A stretch of 64,000 nucleotides of DNA from Planctomycetota bacterium (lineage in GTDB: Bacteria; Planctomycetota; MHYJ01; WSZJ01): NCBI GenBank assembly GCA_038060895.1, contig JBBTCT010000036.1, positions 4,883 to 68,882 on the forward strand. Reading direction: 5' to 3'. The notes below the pieces were generated by a model, which made no database searches, was not told where the DNA came from, and saw only the letters and a program-made list of their open reading frames with translations. A program made the translations under genes and the position numbers. The first letter of the stretch is position 1. Each line of letters starts with the position of its first letter. This document shows positions 50,473 through 61,848 of this stretch, piece by piece.

Positions 50473-51804
50473 ATGAAGAAATTCTGGGTCGAAACCTTCG
50501 GTTGCCAGATGAACAAGCTCGACAGCGAGCAGTTCTCGGGCGAGCTCATGCTTCACGGATACTCGCAGGCGACAGGACAGGACGACGCCGACGTCATCCT
50601 CTTCAATACGTGCAGCGTCCGCGAACACGCCGAGCAGCGGGTTTACTCGAGGGCGGGCATCCTGAAGCGCCGCAAGGCGACCGACCCCGGCCTGGTCATC
50701 GGCATCCTGGGCTGCATGGCGCAGCAGGAGCGCGAGAAGATCCTCGACCGGCTGCCGCACGTCGACCTCGTCGCGGGCCCGGACCAGTACAAGAACCTGC
50801 CGGCGCTGATTGACGAAGCGCGGGAGTCCGGCGAAGCGATCCTGGCGACGCGCCACACGGCGTTCATTCCGAAATTCGACCGGCTCGCGGCGCCCCGCGA
50901 AAACCCGTGGCAGGCGTACATCCTTGCGATGAAGGGCTGCGACGAGATGTGCTCCTACTGCGTGGTGCCGCGCACGAGGGGGAGAGAGGTCTCGAAGCCG
51001 ATTCCGGAGATCGTCGAGGAGGCGCACGTGCTCGCCGGGCAGGGGGTCGTCGAAATCACGCTGCTCGGGCAGAACATCACGGCGTACGGCGAGAAGGAAG
51101 GCAAGGAGCTGGCTGACCTGGTGGAAGCTGTGGCCGCCGTCCCGGGAATCCGGCGCGTTCGTTTCGTCACGAGCCATCCGCACCACGCGACGCGCCGGCT
51201 GTTCCGGACGATGCGCGACCTCCCCAACGTGATGCCGCAGATTCACATGCCCGCGCAGAGCGGGAGCGATCGGATTCTGGCGCTGATGAAGCGCACTTAC
51301 ACGAACGCGGAGTACCTGGACATCATTGCGATGGCGCGCGAGGAGTGCCCGGAGATCGAACTCGCGAGCGACTTCATCGTGGGATTCCCGACCGAGACGG
51401 AGGACGATTTCCAGGCGACGCTGAAACTCGCGGAACAGGTCCGCTTCGGCTACGCGTTCATCTTCCAGTACAGCCCGCGTCCGGGCACGACGGGGATGCG
51501 CGACCTCGTTGACGACGTCCCGGCGGAAGTGAAGCTGCGCCGCAACCACGAACTGCTCGCGCTTCAGGAGCGCATCCAGCTCGAGAAGAACGTCGCCCGC
51601 GTCGGCGCGACCGTCGAGGTGCTCGTCGAGGGGCGCAGCGAGCGCAACAAGGCGAAGTGGACGGGCCGCGGCCCCGACAACCGGATTGTCGTGTTCGAGG
51701 GGGACGGCGAGCTTGCGGGCAAATTCGTGGAGACAAAGATCGCCCGCGCCACGGCTCTCACGCTCTACGGCGACCCGCTGCGGCAGCCCGCGGCCGTCGG
51801 GTAG
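50473..51804 (+). CDS. miaB: tRNA-2-methylthio-N6-dimethylallyladenosine synthase
   Basis: TFGCQMN..DSE, FNTCSVRE.AE, GCMAQ, GCDEMCSYCVVP.TRGRE, LLGQN, TSHP, QSGSD, DFIVGFPTET, YSPRPGT, TRAM domain. Confidence 0.96.
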   Translation: MKKFWVETFGCQMNKLDSEQFSGELMLHGYSQATGQDDADVILFNTCSVREHAEQRVYSRAGILKRRKATDPGLVIGILGCMAQQEREKILDRLPHVDLVAGPDQYKNLPALIDEARESGEAILATRHTAFIPKFDRLAAPRENPWQAYILAMKGCDEMCSYCVVPRTRGREVSKPIPEIVEEAHVLAGQGVVEITLLGQNITAYGEKEGKELADLVEAVAAVPGIRRVRFVTSHPHHATRRLFRTMRDLPNVMPQIHMPAQSGSDRILALMKRTYTNAEYLDIIAMAREECPEIELASDFIVGFPTETEDDFQATLKLAEQVRFGYAFIFQYSPRPGTTGMRDLVDDVPAEVKLRRNHELLALQERIQLEKNVARVGATVEVLVEGRSERNKAKWTGRGPDNRIVVFEGDGELAGKFVETKIARATALTLYGDPLRQPAAVG

Positions 51805-51809
51805 GGCGC

Positions 51810-52952
51810 ATGCCCGTCTCCGCCGAGTTCTTCATGCGAAGGGCGCTGGAGCTGGCGCTTCAGGGGATTCCTGCCGCCTTTCCCAACCCGGTCGTCGGTT
51901 GCGTCATCGAGAAAGACGGCGAAGTCTTCGGGGAAGGAGCGCACCTCCAGTTCGGCGGCCCGCACGCCGAGGTCATCGCGCTTGCGGCGGCCGGTGACCG
52001 TGCGAAGGGCGCCACCGCCTGGGTCACGCTCGAACCCTGTTCGCACCACGGCAAGACCCCGCCATGCACCGACGCCCTCATCAAGGCCGGCGTCCGCCAG
52101 GTGGTCTACTCTGCGACGGACCCCAATCCGCGTACTTCCGGCAAAGCCCGGGCGCTCCTGGAAGCCGCAGGCATCGCCGTCGACAATGGCCTCCTCGAAC
52201 TCCTCGCGAAGCGCCAGAACGCCCCGTTCTTCAAGGTCCATACCCTGGGCCTTCCCTGGGTCACCGCCAAGTGGGCCATGACCCTCGATGGCAAGATCGC
52301 TACTTCTTCCGGCCACTCCAAGTGGATTACCGGCGACTCCGCCCGTACGCGCGCCCGCCGTTTTCGCGGCGAGCACGGGTGCGTCCTCGTCGGCATCGGC
52401 ACAGTCCTGGCGGACGATCCCTCGCTTGCCGGCCCCGACGGCGTCCGCCCTCCAAAGCGCGCCGTCGCCGACGCCAGCGCGCGCATCCCGATGGAGTGCC
52501 AGATCGTGAAGGGCGCCCGCGAAATCGAGACATTCATCGGCGTGTCGAAGACCGCTCCCGAGGCCAACGTCAGGCGTCTCGAAGCGGCCGGGTGCCGGGT
52601 GATCCCGCTGGACGCGACCATCGACGGCATCGACCTCACGGCGTTCCTCCGCGCCATCGCCCCGCACGCCACCTCGGTCTTCGCCGAGGGCGGATCCCAC
52701 ATCCTCGGCTCGCTCTTCGACGCCGGCCTCGTCGACGAGGTCTGCGCCTTTATCGCCCCTTCTGTCCTCGGCGGCGCGCTAGCGCCGGCCCCGGTCGGTG
52801 GCCTCGGGAAAAAGGGTCCCGCCCTCGCGGAACGGCTTTTCGAAGTGAGAACCGAGCCGATCGGCGACGACCTGTTGATGCGGGGCCTGGTCAGGAACGG
52901 CTACGGCGGCGTCATTGCCGGGCTGACGAGGATCGCGCCATCTTCGGCGTAG
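51810..52952 (+). CDS. ribD: Riboflavin biosynthesis deaminase/reductase
   Basis: PNPVVGCVI, PHAEV, VTLEPCSHHGKTPPC, KWAMTLDGKIA, SKWITG, GTVLADDP, EGGS. Confidence 0.96.
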   Translation: MPVSAEFFMRRALELALQGIPAAFPNPVVGCVIEKDGEVFGEGAHLQFGGPHAEVIALAAAGDRAKGATAWVTLEPCSHHGKTPPCTDALIKAGVRQVVYSATDPNPRTSGKARALLEAAGIAVDNGLLELLAKRQNAPFFKVHTLGLPWVTAKWAMTLDGKIATSSGHSKWITGDSARTRARRFRGEHGCVLVGIGTVLADDPSLAGPDGVRPPKRAVADASARIPMECQIVKGAREIETFIGVSKTAPEANVRRLEAAGCRVIPLDATIDGIDLTAFLRAIAPHATSVFAEGGSHILGSLFDAGLVDEVCAFIAPSVLGGALAPAPVGGLGKKGPALAERLFEVRTEPIGDDLLMRGLVRNGYGGVIAGLTRIAPSSA

Positions 52953-53000
52953 CCCCGGCCCGTCCGGGCATGCGAGATGGTGATAGACTGCCGCCACACC

Positions 53001-54032
53001 ATGATTGAACCCGCCTCGCCAGCCGACGAAGACCGCCGCCTCGCCGCACTTCGCGCTCTTCGAATCCTCGACACGCCCTCCGAGGAACGCTTCGACCGCA
53101 TCACCCGCACCGCCCGGAGGATGTTCGGCGTGCCGATCGCCCTGATCACGCTCGTTGACGGCGACCGGCAGTGGTTCAAGTCGTGCCAGGGGCTGGGCGT
53201 CAACGAGACGGCGCGGTCGATTTCGTTCTGCGGGCACGCGATCCTCAATGACGCCCCGATGGTCGTCGCCGATGCCGCCGCGGACCCCCGCTTCCACGAC
53301 AATCCGCTCGTCACGGGCGACCCGAACATCCGGTTCTACGCCGGGTGCCCGCTGAAATCGCCCGACGGAGCGAAACTCGGGACCCTCTGCCTCATCGGCC
53401 GCGAGCCGCGGACCTTCTCGACGGAAGAAGTCGTCGCACTCCAGGATCTTGCCGCGTGGGCCGAAGGCGAGCTGAGCCAGGTCCGCCTCGGCGAAACGCA
53501 GCTGGCGCTGATCCAGGAGCGGGATGAGTTCAAGCGCCGCGCCATGATCGATGCGCTGACGCAGGTCTGGAACCGCGGGACCATCATCGAGATCCTGAAG
53601 GCCGAAGTGGCGCGCGCCGCCCGTCAGTCCCATGCGCTCTCCGTCGCGATGGTGGACTGCGATCGCTTCAAGGAGATCAACGACACGCAGGGCCACGCCG
53701 CAGGCGACGCCGTCCTCCGGGAGCTTGCCCAGCGATTTCGTGGCGCCATCCGGGCCTACGACGCGGTCGGGCGGTACGGTGGGGAGGAATTCCTCGTGGT
53801 TCTGCCCGATTGCACCTCGCCGCCCGCGAGGGCGCTCTCGGAGCGGCTGCGCGAAGGAGTGGCCGGCGCGGCTTTCGAAGCGGGGAAGGGGAAGCTCGCC
53901 GTGACGGTCTCGGTGGGGGTCGCGACGATGGATCGGGGCGCGGTGGCCACGGCGGAGGATCTCGTCGCAGCGGCGGATGACGCGCTCTATCGCGCGAAGG
54001 CGGCCGGACGGAACCGGGTCGAGACGGCTTAG
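53001..54032 (+). CDS. GAF-sensor diguanylate cyclase
   Basis: ILDTPSEERFDRIT, RQWFKS, SFCGHAIL, RFYAGCPL GAF; DALTQVWNR, FKEINDTQGHAAGD, RAYD I-site, GRYGGEEF. Confidence 0.93.
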   Translation: MIEPASPADEDRRLAALRALRILDTPSEERFDRITRTARRMFGVPIALITLVDGDRQWFKSCQGLGVNETARSISFCGHAILNDAPMVVADAAADPRFHDNPLVTGDPNIRFYAGCPLKSPDGAKLGTLCLIGREPRTFSTEEVVALQDLAAWAEGELSQVRLGETQLALIQERDEFKRRAMIDALTQVWNRGTIIEILKAEVARAARQSHALSVAMVDCDRFKEINDTQGHAAGDAVLRELAQRFRGAIRAYDAVGRYGGEEFLVVLPDCTSPPARALSERLREGVAGAAFEAGKGKLAVTVSVGVATMDRGAVATAEDLVAAADDALYRAKAAGRNRVETA

Positions 54033-55033
54033 CCCGCGCCGATGTTCCGCAGCGCCCGGCGAAGCGCAGCCGCCAGTTTCCGCCGGTCGTGCCGGATGAA
54101 GTGCGGCCACTGCCGCTTGAATTTCCCGGCGCGCGCGTACTTCTTGAGCTCCTCGGCTGTCGGCCCCTCCGTCAAGTCGCGCGCGATCCAGTGCGACGGC
54201 CACGGCCGGGGCGCGGGGATGGGCGACGACCCTTGCCGGGCGTACAGGCGCCGCAGCGACGGCGGCGGAACTCCGGTGTTGAGCAGGACCGCGTCGGGCT
54301 CGCGGCCGATCATCCGCTTCACGGCCGTGACATGTGCAGCGACGTCCATGCCGTCGGTCTGGCCGGGCTGGGTCATGAGATTGGCGATGTAGATTACCGG
54401 CGTGCGCGCCAGCGCCGCCCGCACGCCGCGGGCCGCGAGGACGCTTCCGATCCCGGTCCACAGGCTCCCCGGGCAGATGATGGCCGCGGCCGATTGACGC
54501 AGTGCGGCAATGACCTCCTTCGTGGCGGGAAGCGCCGGCTCGTGGAACACCCTCTCGATCGGCGCAAGATTGCGCCGCCCGATGATCGCCCACTCGCCCT
54601 TCACCGTCTTTCCATCCGCCAGCCGGGCACAGACTGCGGCCGAAGCATCGCTCACCGGCAGCACGCGGACCGGCACCCCTGCCGCGGCCCCGAGTTCAAG
54701 CGCGGCAACCGTCAGCGAGCCGCGAGCCGTGGCCAACGCGGCGAGCATGAGGTTCCCGGTTGATGTCCCCTCGAGCGGCCCCTGCGTGAAGCGGTGCCTC
54801 AGCAGCTCCGCCACCGGATTTCCGGCGGGGGCGATCGCCGAAAGGCAGTTCCTCAGGTCCCCCACCTGCGGGATCCCCAGCACGCGCCGCAGCATCCCCG
54901 AGTGCCCGCCGTCGTCCGTGACCCCCACGACCGCGGTCGCGCGCACGCCCCTCAGCGCGGACAGCACCGCAGCCTGCCCCGTCCCGCCACCCAGGGTGAC
55001 GATCGAGCCCCGCGCGCTGTTCGCCCTTTTCAC
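54029..55033 (-). CDS. YvcK / UPF0052 (CofD-related) family protein
   Basis: LGGGTG, VTDDGGHSG.LR, GDLRNCL, GNLML, PGSLWT, NLMTQPGQT, RHD. Confidence 0.9.
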   Translation of the reverse strand: MKRANSARGSIVTLGGGTGQAAVLSALRGVRATAVVGVTDDGGHSGMLRRVLGIPQVGDLRNCLSAIAPAGNPVAELLRHRFTQGPLEGTSTGNLMLAALATARGSLTVAALELGAAAGVPVRVLPVSDASAAVCARLADGKTVKGEWAIIGRRNLAPIERVFHEPALPATKEVIAALRQSAAAIICPGSLWTGIGSVLAARGVRAALARTPVIYIANLMTQPGQTDGMDVAAHVTAVKRMIGREPDAVLLNTGVPPPSLRRLYARQGSSPIPAPRPWPSHWIARDLTEGPTAEELKKYARAGKFKRQWPHFIRHDRRKLAAALRRALRNIGAG

Positions 55034-55054
55034 TTTCGACCCCGAGGCCGGGAC

Positions 55055-55786
55055 TCAAGCAATCGACAGATCACCAAAGTGCGGAAGCGGGAACTCCAGC
55101 GCCTGCACGTCCCCGCACGCCCCGCACTTCACGTCCAGCTTGTCCACGTGCTCCCCCCCCGGCCCCGTCACCAGCGACTGCATCTTCACTTCGTATTTCG
55201 GCTGCCCGCATTTGCAGTGGAGCCGCGCCACCACCCAGTACTCACGCCGCAGGTCTCCGAAATGCCGCGCGATCGGCGTCGAGCGCGTCGAAACGTAGCC
55301 GTCGATCAGGATCGCCACCCGCTTGAGCAGCTCGTTCTCGTAAGGCTGCCGCGCCTCGTCCTCGTCGAGCCCCAGCCGCGTCAGCACGTTGTCGAATCCC
55401 TCGAACATCTTCCGCGCCGCGAACAGCACCATGTACCCCACCGGGTGCTTCTCCAGCACCGGCAGCTTCTCGAACTCCTCCGCCAGCGCCGCTTCCGCCG
55501 CGTCGTCCACGTCCGCCGCCGGCCGCCGCTTGAGCACCTCCTGCGCCGCGCGCAGAAGCGCTTCGTCCAGGTGGTCCATGGCGACGATCCCGTCGAAGCC
55601 GAAGACGGAGAAGTGCTCGCCGATCAGCGCGAAGTACCGCTGGCGCTGCGACAGGGAAGCGAGAAGCGCGCCGATGGCCTCGCGGGAGGCCGTGAAAGCG
55701 GGGGGAAGCGCGGCGACGCCGCGGGCGATTGCCGCGGACTCGCGTTCGACGAGTTTCGCAACTTCGGGGTTGTCGCCGGCGCGCAT
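55055..55786 (-). CDS. Hypothetical protein with C-terminal Zn-ribbon-like Cys motif
   Basis: Coding-like ORF; CKCG...CGACG near C-terminus. Confidence 0.7.
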   Translation of the reverse strand: MRAGDNPEVAKLVERESAAIARGVAALPPAFTASREAIGALLASLSQRQRYFALIGEHFSVFGFDGIVAMDHLDEALLRAAQEVLKRRPAADVDDAAEAALAEEFEKLPVLEKHPVGYMVLFAARKMFEGFDNVLTRLGLDEDEARQPYENELLKRVAILIDGYVSTRSTPIARHFGDLRREYWVVARLHCKCGQPKYEVKMQSLVTGPGGEHVDKLDVKCGACGDVQALEFPLPHFGDLSIA

Positions 55787-56001
55787 GAAGTGAGTGTAGC
55801 GCGAGGGGTGATGGATGGGGAGAGACGAGGACTAGCGGTTCGACACGTTTGATTCCACCGGTTGCGTCCTTCGGACCACACCGCTAAGCACTTCCACGTC
55901 GATTCTGTTCCATTCAGCCGCCGTGAATTGCGGCGGCCCGCACGGAGGTGACCGGAACTGGAGCGGAGCGGATGGATGGCACAGAATCAACCTGGCGTTA
56001 C

Positions 56002-57987
56002 TCAGGGTTCGACCATTTTCAGAAACTCCTCCTCATCGATGATCTTGACCCCGAGGGTCTTCGCCTTGTCGAGTTTCGACCCGGCGTTGGGCCCGGCGAC
56101 GACGTAGTCGGTGTTCTTCGACACGCTCGAGGCGGCCTTACCGCCCATTTCGGCGACCTTTGCCTCGGCTTCCCGCCGCGCAATCTTCACAAGCTCGCCC
56201 GTGAACACGAACTTCAATCCCTGGAACCTGCCGCCCTCCGTTTTCTTCGGCTTCGGCCACTTCAGGCCGGCGTCGACGAGCCGTTCCACGAGCCGGCGAT
56301 TGCCCTTGGCATCGAAGTGCTCGCGGATGACTTTCGCGACGCGCTCGCCGACCTCGGGGACTTCCTGCAGCTGTTCGACGGTCGCGTCCATGAGCGGGGC
56401 GATGTCGCCGAAGTGATTCGCGAGGTCGCGGGCGGTGGATTCGCCGACGAGGCGGATGGCAAGGGCGCCGATGAATTTCTCGAGCGTCGTGTTTTTGGAG
56501 GTCTCCAACTCGTCGAGGAGGTTTTGTGCGGACTTCTCGCCCATGCGCTCCAATTCGGCGAGAGTCTTCAGGTCGAGGTGGTAGAGGTCGGCCGCGTCCT
56601 TCACGAGGCCCTTGTCGACGAGTTGTTCGACGATCTTGTCACCGAAGCCGTCCATGCCGAGGAAATGGGTGAAGTGAAACAGCGTTCCCTTGACCTGGGC
56701 GGGGCAGACCGAGTTCGGACAGCGGGGGATCGCCTCGCCTTCGGGCCACGACACGGGCGTCGAGCAGACTGGACATTTCTTCGGCATTTCGAGGTCGCGT
56801 TCGCTGCCCGTGCGCCTCGAGACGATGGCGCCCACGATTTCGGGGATGACGTCGCCGGCGCGGCGAATCGTGACCCAGTCGCCGATTTTCACCCCCTTTT
56901 TCACGACGAGGCCGGGGTTGTTGAGCGTCGCGCGGCTGACCATGACGCCGCCAAGAAGTACCGGCTTGAGCTCGGCGACCGGCGTCAGTGCTCCCGTGCG
57001 CCCGACCGATACCGTCATGTCGAGAATCTGCGTGACCTCCTCGCGCGGCGGGAATTTCCAGGCGATCGCCCAGCGCGGGCTGCGCGTGCGGAAGCCCATC
57101 TCCTCGCGCAGGCGGAAGTCATCCACCTTGACGACCGCGCCGTCGACCTCGAATTCCAGCTTGTCGCGCCGCTTCAGCCAGCCGGCGTGGATCGCCGCCA
57201 GCTCCTCGGCGGTCCGGCCGCGCTGGAGGTGGCGCGCGCAGGTCGGCAGCCCCATCTTCTCGAGCGCTTTCAGCGTCGCTTCGTGCGCGCTGAACTTCAC
57301 GCCCTTTGCCTCGCCGAAGCCGTGGATCATGATCCGGAGCGGCCTGGCCGCGGTCATCTTCGGGTCGAGCTGCCGAAGCGATCCCGCCGCGGTGTTGCGA
57401 GGGTTCATGAACGTCTTTTCGCCCTTCGCAGCAAGCTCGCGGTTCATCTTCTCGAAGTCTTTCACCGGGAAGTACACCTCGCCGCGCAGTTCGAGGCGTT
57501 CGGGCGCGTCCCCGTTGAGCCGAAGCGGCAGCCCGCGGATCGTCTTGAGGTTGTCCGTGATGTCCTCGCCGACCTCGCCGTCGCCACGCGTGGACCCCGA
57601 AACAAAGAGCCCCTTCTCGTAGACCGCCTCCACCGCCGTTCCGTCGACCTTCGGCTCCACCACGAACTCCGGCGCCGTCCCTCCCGCCGCTTCGACCGCA
57701 CGCTTGTACCAGTCCGCGAATTCCTCGGCGGTCATCGCGTTTTCAAGCGAAAGCATCGGCACGGTGTGCTTCACCTGTCTGAACACGTCGCGCGCCGGCG
57801 CCCCGACCTTCTGCGTGGGGGAATCCGGCGTCGCAAGTTCCGGGTGCGCGGCCTCGATCTCCTGCAGCTCCCGGAACAGCCGGTCGTATTCCGCATCCGA
57901 CATCACCGGGTCATCGAGCACGTAGTAGCCGTGCGAGGCCTCGGTGAGCCGGGTTCGGAGGGCCGCCGCGCGCTGGCCGGGGGTCAT
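56002..57987 (-). CDS. ligA: NAD-dependent DNA ligase
   Basis: YYVLDDP..SDAEYD, PDSPTQKVG, MLSLEN, EPKVDG, TRGDG..GEDIT, RGEV, AWKFP, VGRTG, RAGDVIP, C4 Zn finger, BRCT. Confidence 0.98.
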   Translation of the reverse strand: MTPGQRAAALRTRLTEASHGYYVLDDPVMSDAEYDRLFRELQEIEAAHPELATPDSPTQKVGAPARDVFRQVKHTVPMLSLENAMTAEEFADWYKRAVEAAGGTAPEFVVEPKVDGTAVEAVYEKGLFVSGSTRGDGEVGEDITDNLKTIRGLPLRLNGDAPERLELRGEVYFPVKDFEKMNRELAAKGEKTFMNPRNTAAGSLRQLDPKMTAARPLRIMIHGFGEAKGVKFSAHEATLKALEKMGLPTCARHLQRGRTAEELAAIHAGWLKRRDKLEFEVDGAVVKVDDFRLREEMGFRTRSPRWAIAWKFPPREEVTQILDMTVSVGRTGALTPVAELKPVLLGGVMVSRATLNNPGLVVKKGVKIGDWVTIRRAGDVIPEIVGAIVSRRTGSERDLEMPKKCPVCSTPVSWPEGEAIPRCPNSVCPAQVKGTLFHFTHFLGMDGFGDKIVEQLVDKGLVKDAADLYHLDLKTLAELERMGEKSAQNLLDELETSKNTTLEKFIGALAIRLVGESTARDLANHFGDIAPLMDATVEQLQEVPEVGERVAKVIREHFDAKGNRRLVERLVDAGLKWPKPKKTEGGRFQGLKFVFTGELVKIARREAEAKVAEMGGKAASSVSKNTDYVVAGPNAGSKLDKAKTLGVKIIDEEEFLKMVEP

Positions 57988-58088
57988 GGCTGGGCAGCCT
58001 CCGCGGAATCGGGTCGAATGTCGAAGGTTACGACCAGCTCCGGCGTTCTGGCGGCCTTGACCTTTGACCCTGGACGTTCAACCCGTCT

Positions 58089-58505
58089 TCAAAGTTTCTC
58101 GATCTCTTTCAGATAAACCTTCGTCGTGATCTCGATCTTCTCCAGCACCGAGTTGTCCAGCAGGATCTTCAACTGCACCTTGCTCGACTTGGCGATCGAT
58201 TGGAACTCCACTCCCACGTGGTGCGCGTCGTGCTCCGTGGATTTCTGGCACCAGACGACTCTTCCGCCCGCATTGATTTTGTCCCCGATCTGAGGCGCCT
58301 CGATCTGGACGGCGATCGACATTCCCTCGGGCAGTGGAAGCCTGCTGATGAAGTGGCAGCCGGTTTCCGAGAGATTCAGGGCGATCAGGCGCTCGCCGTA
58401 GAGCCCCAGGAATGACAGCAGGCCGCCCCGCTTGTGCCGAAGAGTGCATCCGCGCACGCCGAACCTCTTGCGCTTGCGCCGTTCCTGTCCATCCCAGGTG
58501 CTCAT
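58089..58505 (-). CDS. PilZ-domain protein
   Basis: ERRKRKR (RxxxR), NLSETG (D/NxSxxG), GRVVW, VGVEF. Confidence 0.8.
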   Translation of the reverse strand: MSTWDGQERRKRKRFGVRGCTLRHKRGGLLSFLGLYGERLIALNLSETGCHFISRLPLPEGMSIAVQIEAPQIGDKINAGGRVVWCQKSTEHDAHHVGVEFQSIAKSSKVQLKILLDNSVLEKIEITTKVYLKEIEKL

Positions 58506-58637
58506 GAGCCGATTTCAGCACGCTCGCAGAGAGCGGTCAAGGCCGCCTCCAGGCCGGCGAGTCGAACCGTTTTCCTTCAAAGGTCCTGCCTCCCGGAGTA
58601 GACTCGAAAGGTCCTGCCAAGTGACCGGAGAAACCGC

Positions 58638-59162
58638 ATGACCGTGCCGGCATCCATACATCAGCCCGCAGCCACGACCGAAGCGATTTCCGCCCTTCCG
58701 GCGGAAGCGCGCGAGGTGTTGCTGCGTGAGCTCGGCGCGCTCTACACGGAACTGGACGCCGTCATCGCCGCCGCCAACCCCCTCTGCCGGACGAGTGGCG
58801 ACTGCTGCCAGTTTGCGAAGTACGGACACCGCCTCTACGCCACAAAGGCCGAGGCGCTCTACTTCGCGCTCCGTCGGGGATGGCCGCAGGAGGTGTTCGA
58901 AAAGGACGCCTGCCCGTACCTCCACGACAACCGGTGCACGGCCAGGAATGCGCGTCCGCTCGGCTGCCGGGTCTTCTTCTGCGACCCCGCCTGGCGCGGG
59001 AAGGGCGAAGACCTGACCGAGCGGTTTCTGAAGCGCATCGGGGCTCTCTCGGAGCGGCTCGGGATCGAACGCGATTACCGGCCCTTCCTCGAGCACCTGG
59101 ACACCTTCCGCACGTCGCAAGTTCCGGCAGGGGACAACGGGGAGGCGTCTTGGCCAAGCTAG
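58638..59162 (+). CDS. YkgJ-like cysteine-cluster protein
   Basis: CRTSGDCC...CPYL...C....RPLGCRVF. Confidence 0.75.
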   Translation: MTVPASIHQPAATTEAISALPAEAREVLLRELGALYTELDAVIAAANPLCRTSGDCCQFAKYGHRLYATKAEALYFALRRGWPQEVFEKDACPYLHDNRCTARNARPLGCRVFFCDPAWRGKGEDLTERFLKRIGALSERLGIERDYRPFLEHLDTFRTSQVPAGDNGEASWPS

Positions 59163-59653
59163 TCATCAAGGAAGGCGACTACACGCACGAACATCCTCTC
59201 GACGAGGTGGAAACGCTGATCGGGCGGTCGCAGAAGTGCCTCGTCAGGCTCACGGAGCCGGCGGCGTCGCGCAACCACTGCACGATCCTGAAGACGCCGG
59301 AGGGGTGGCTGCTGATGGATCTTCAGAGCAGCAACGGGACGATCCTGAACGGTGTGAGGATCACGGAGAGCCCGCTGAAGACGGGAGACGTGATCCGGAT
59401 CGGCAACGCCGAGATGGCGTTCAAGGGCGACCAGGACGATTCGAAGCACGTGGTGGACGTGCGCGAGAAATTCCGCGAGTTGTCGGACGAGAAGCAGGTC
59501 GTGCACTACGAGGTGGTGAAGAGCGAGGACGGGACGGAGGAATTGAAGGCGGAGTGGTCAGACCGGGCGGCGAAGCTCAAGAAGCAGGCAAAGGACCCGC
59601 ACGAGCCTGAGACCAAGGACCCGATCAAGCCGGACGAAACGCACCACGCGTAG
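59150..59653 (+). CDS. FHA-domain protein
   Basis: TTG start after GGAGG; IGRS, SRNH, DLQSSNGT, L..GDVIRIG. Confidence 0.9.
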   Translation: MAKLVIKEGDYTHEHPLDEVETLIGRSQKCLVRLTEPAASRNHCTILKTPEGWLLMDLQSSNGTILNGVRITESPLKTGDVIRIGNAEMAFKGDQDDSKHVVDVREKFRELSDEKQVVHYEVVKSEDGTEELKAEWSDRAAKLKKQAKDPHEPETKDPIKPDETHHA

Positions 59654-61561
<1,908 letters not shown>

Positions 61562-61646
61562 GAAGTCACCCTCGTGTGAGAGAAGAGGTAGGGGGAAGAG
61601 CTGGCCTTTGGTCAAAAGCGGGTGTCTCGGTCAATCGCACATCCAC

Positions 61647-61725
61647 GACAACTCCAAATCCCAACTCCAACCCCAAGCCGATGAAGGACTTGGGGTTGGG
61701 GTTGGAGTTGGGATTTGGAGTTGTC
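61647..61725. repeat. Inverted repeat built of hexamer units
   Basis: GACAACTCCAAATCCCAACTCCAACCCCAAG-N11-CTTGGGGTTGGGGTTGGAGTTGGGATTTGGAGTTGTC; right arm has one extra TTGGGG. Confidence 0.85.
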
Positions 61726-61848
61726 CCTGGCATCGGGGACACGCCTGAGTTCGTCAAGATCTGGGGAATCGCAGGCCCTCGTGAAAAGCCGGCCGTTCGG
61801 CGCGAGCCGGCGAGTACGCAAGCCTGTGTTGGGAAAGAGGTTCGGATG

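Noticed and set aside
564-58116. Long antisense or alternate-frame ORFs (e.g. 7341..9479 +, 31855..34128 -, 44252..46411 -, 52779..54593 -, 55948..58116 +) and long N-terminal extensions of kdsA and miaB
   Set aside because: Shadow ORFs expected in high-GC DNA; Arg/Pro/Ala-rich, no motifs, overlapping well-supported genes.
61647-61725. CRISPR array or telomere-like repeat
   Set aside because: Only one palindrome of short hexamers, no repeat-spacer periodicity, no cas genes.
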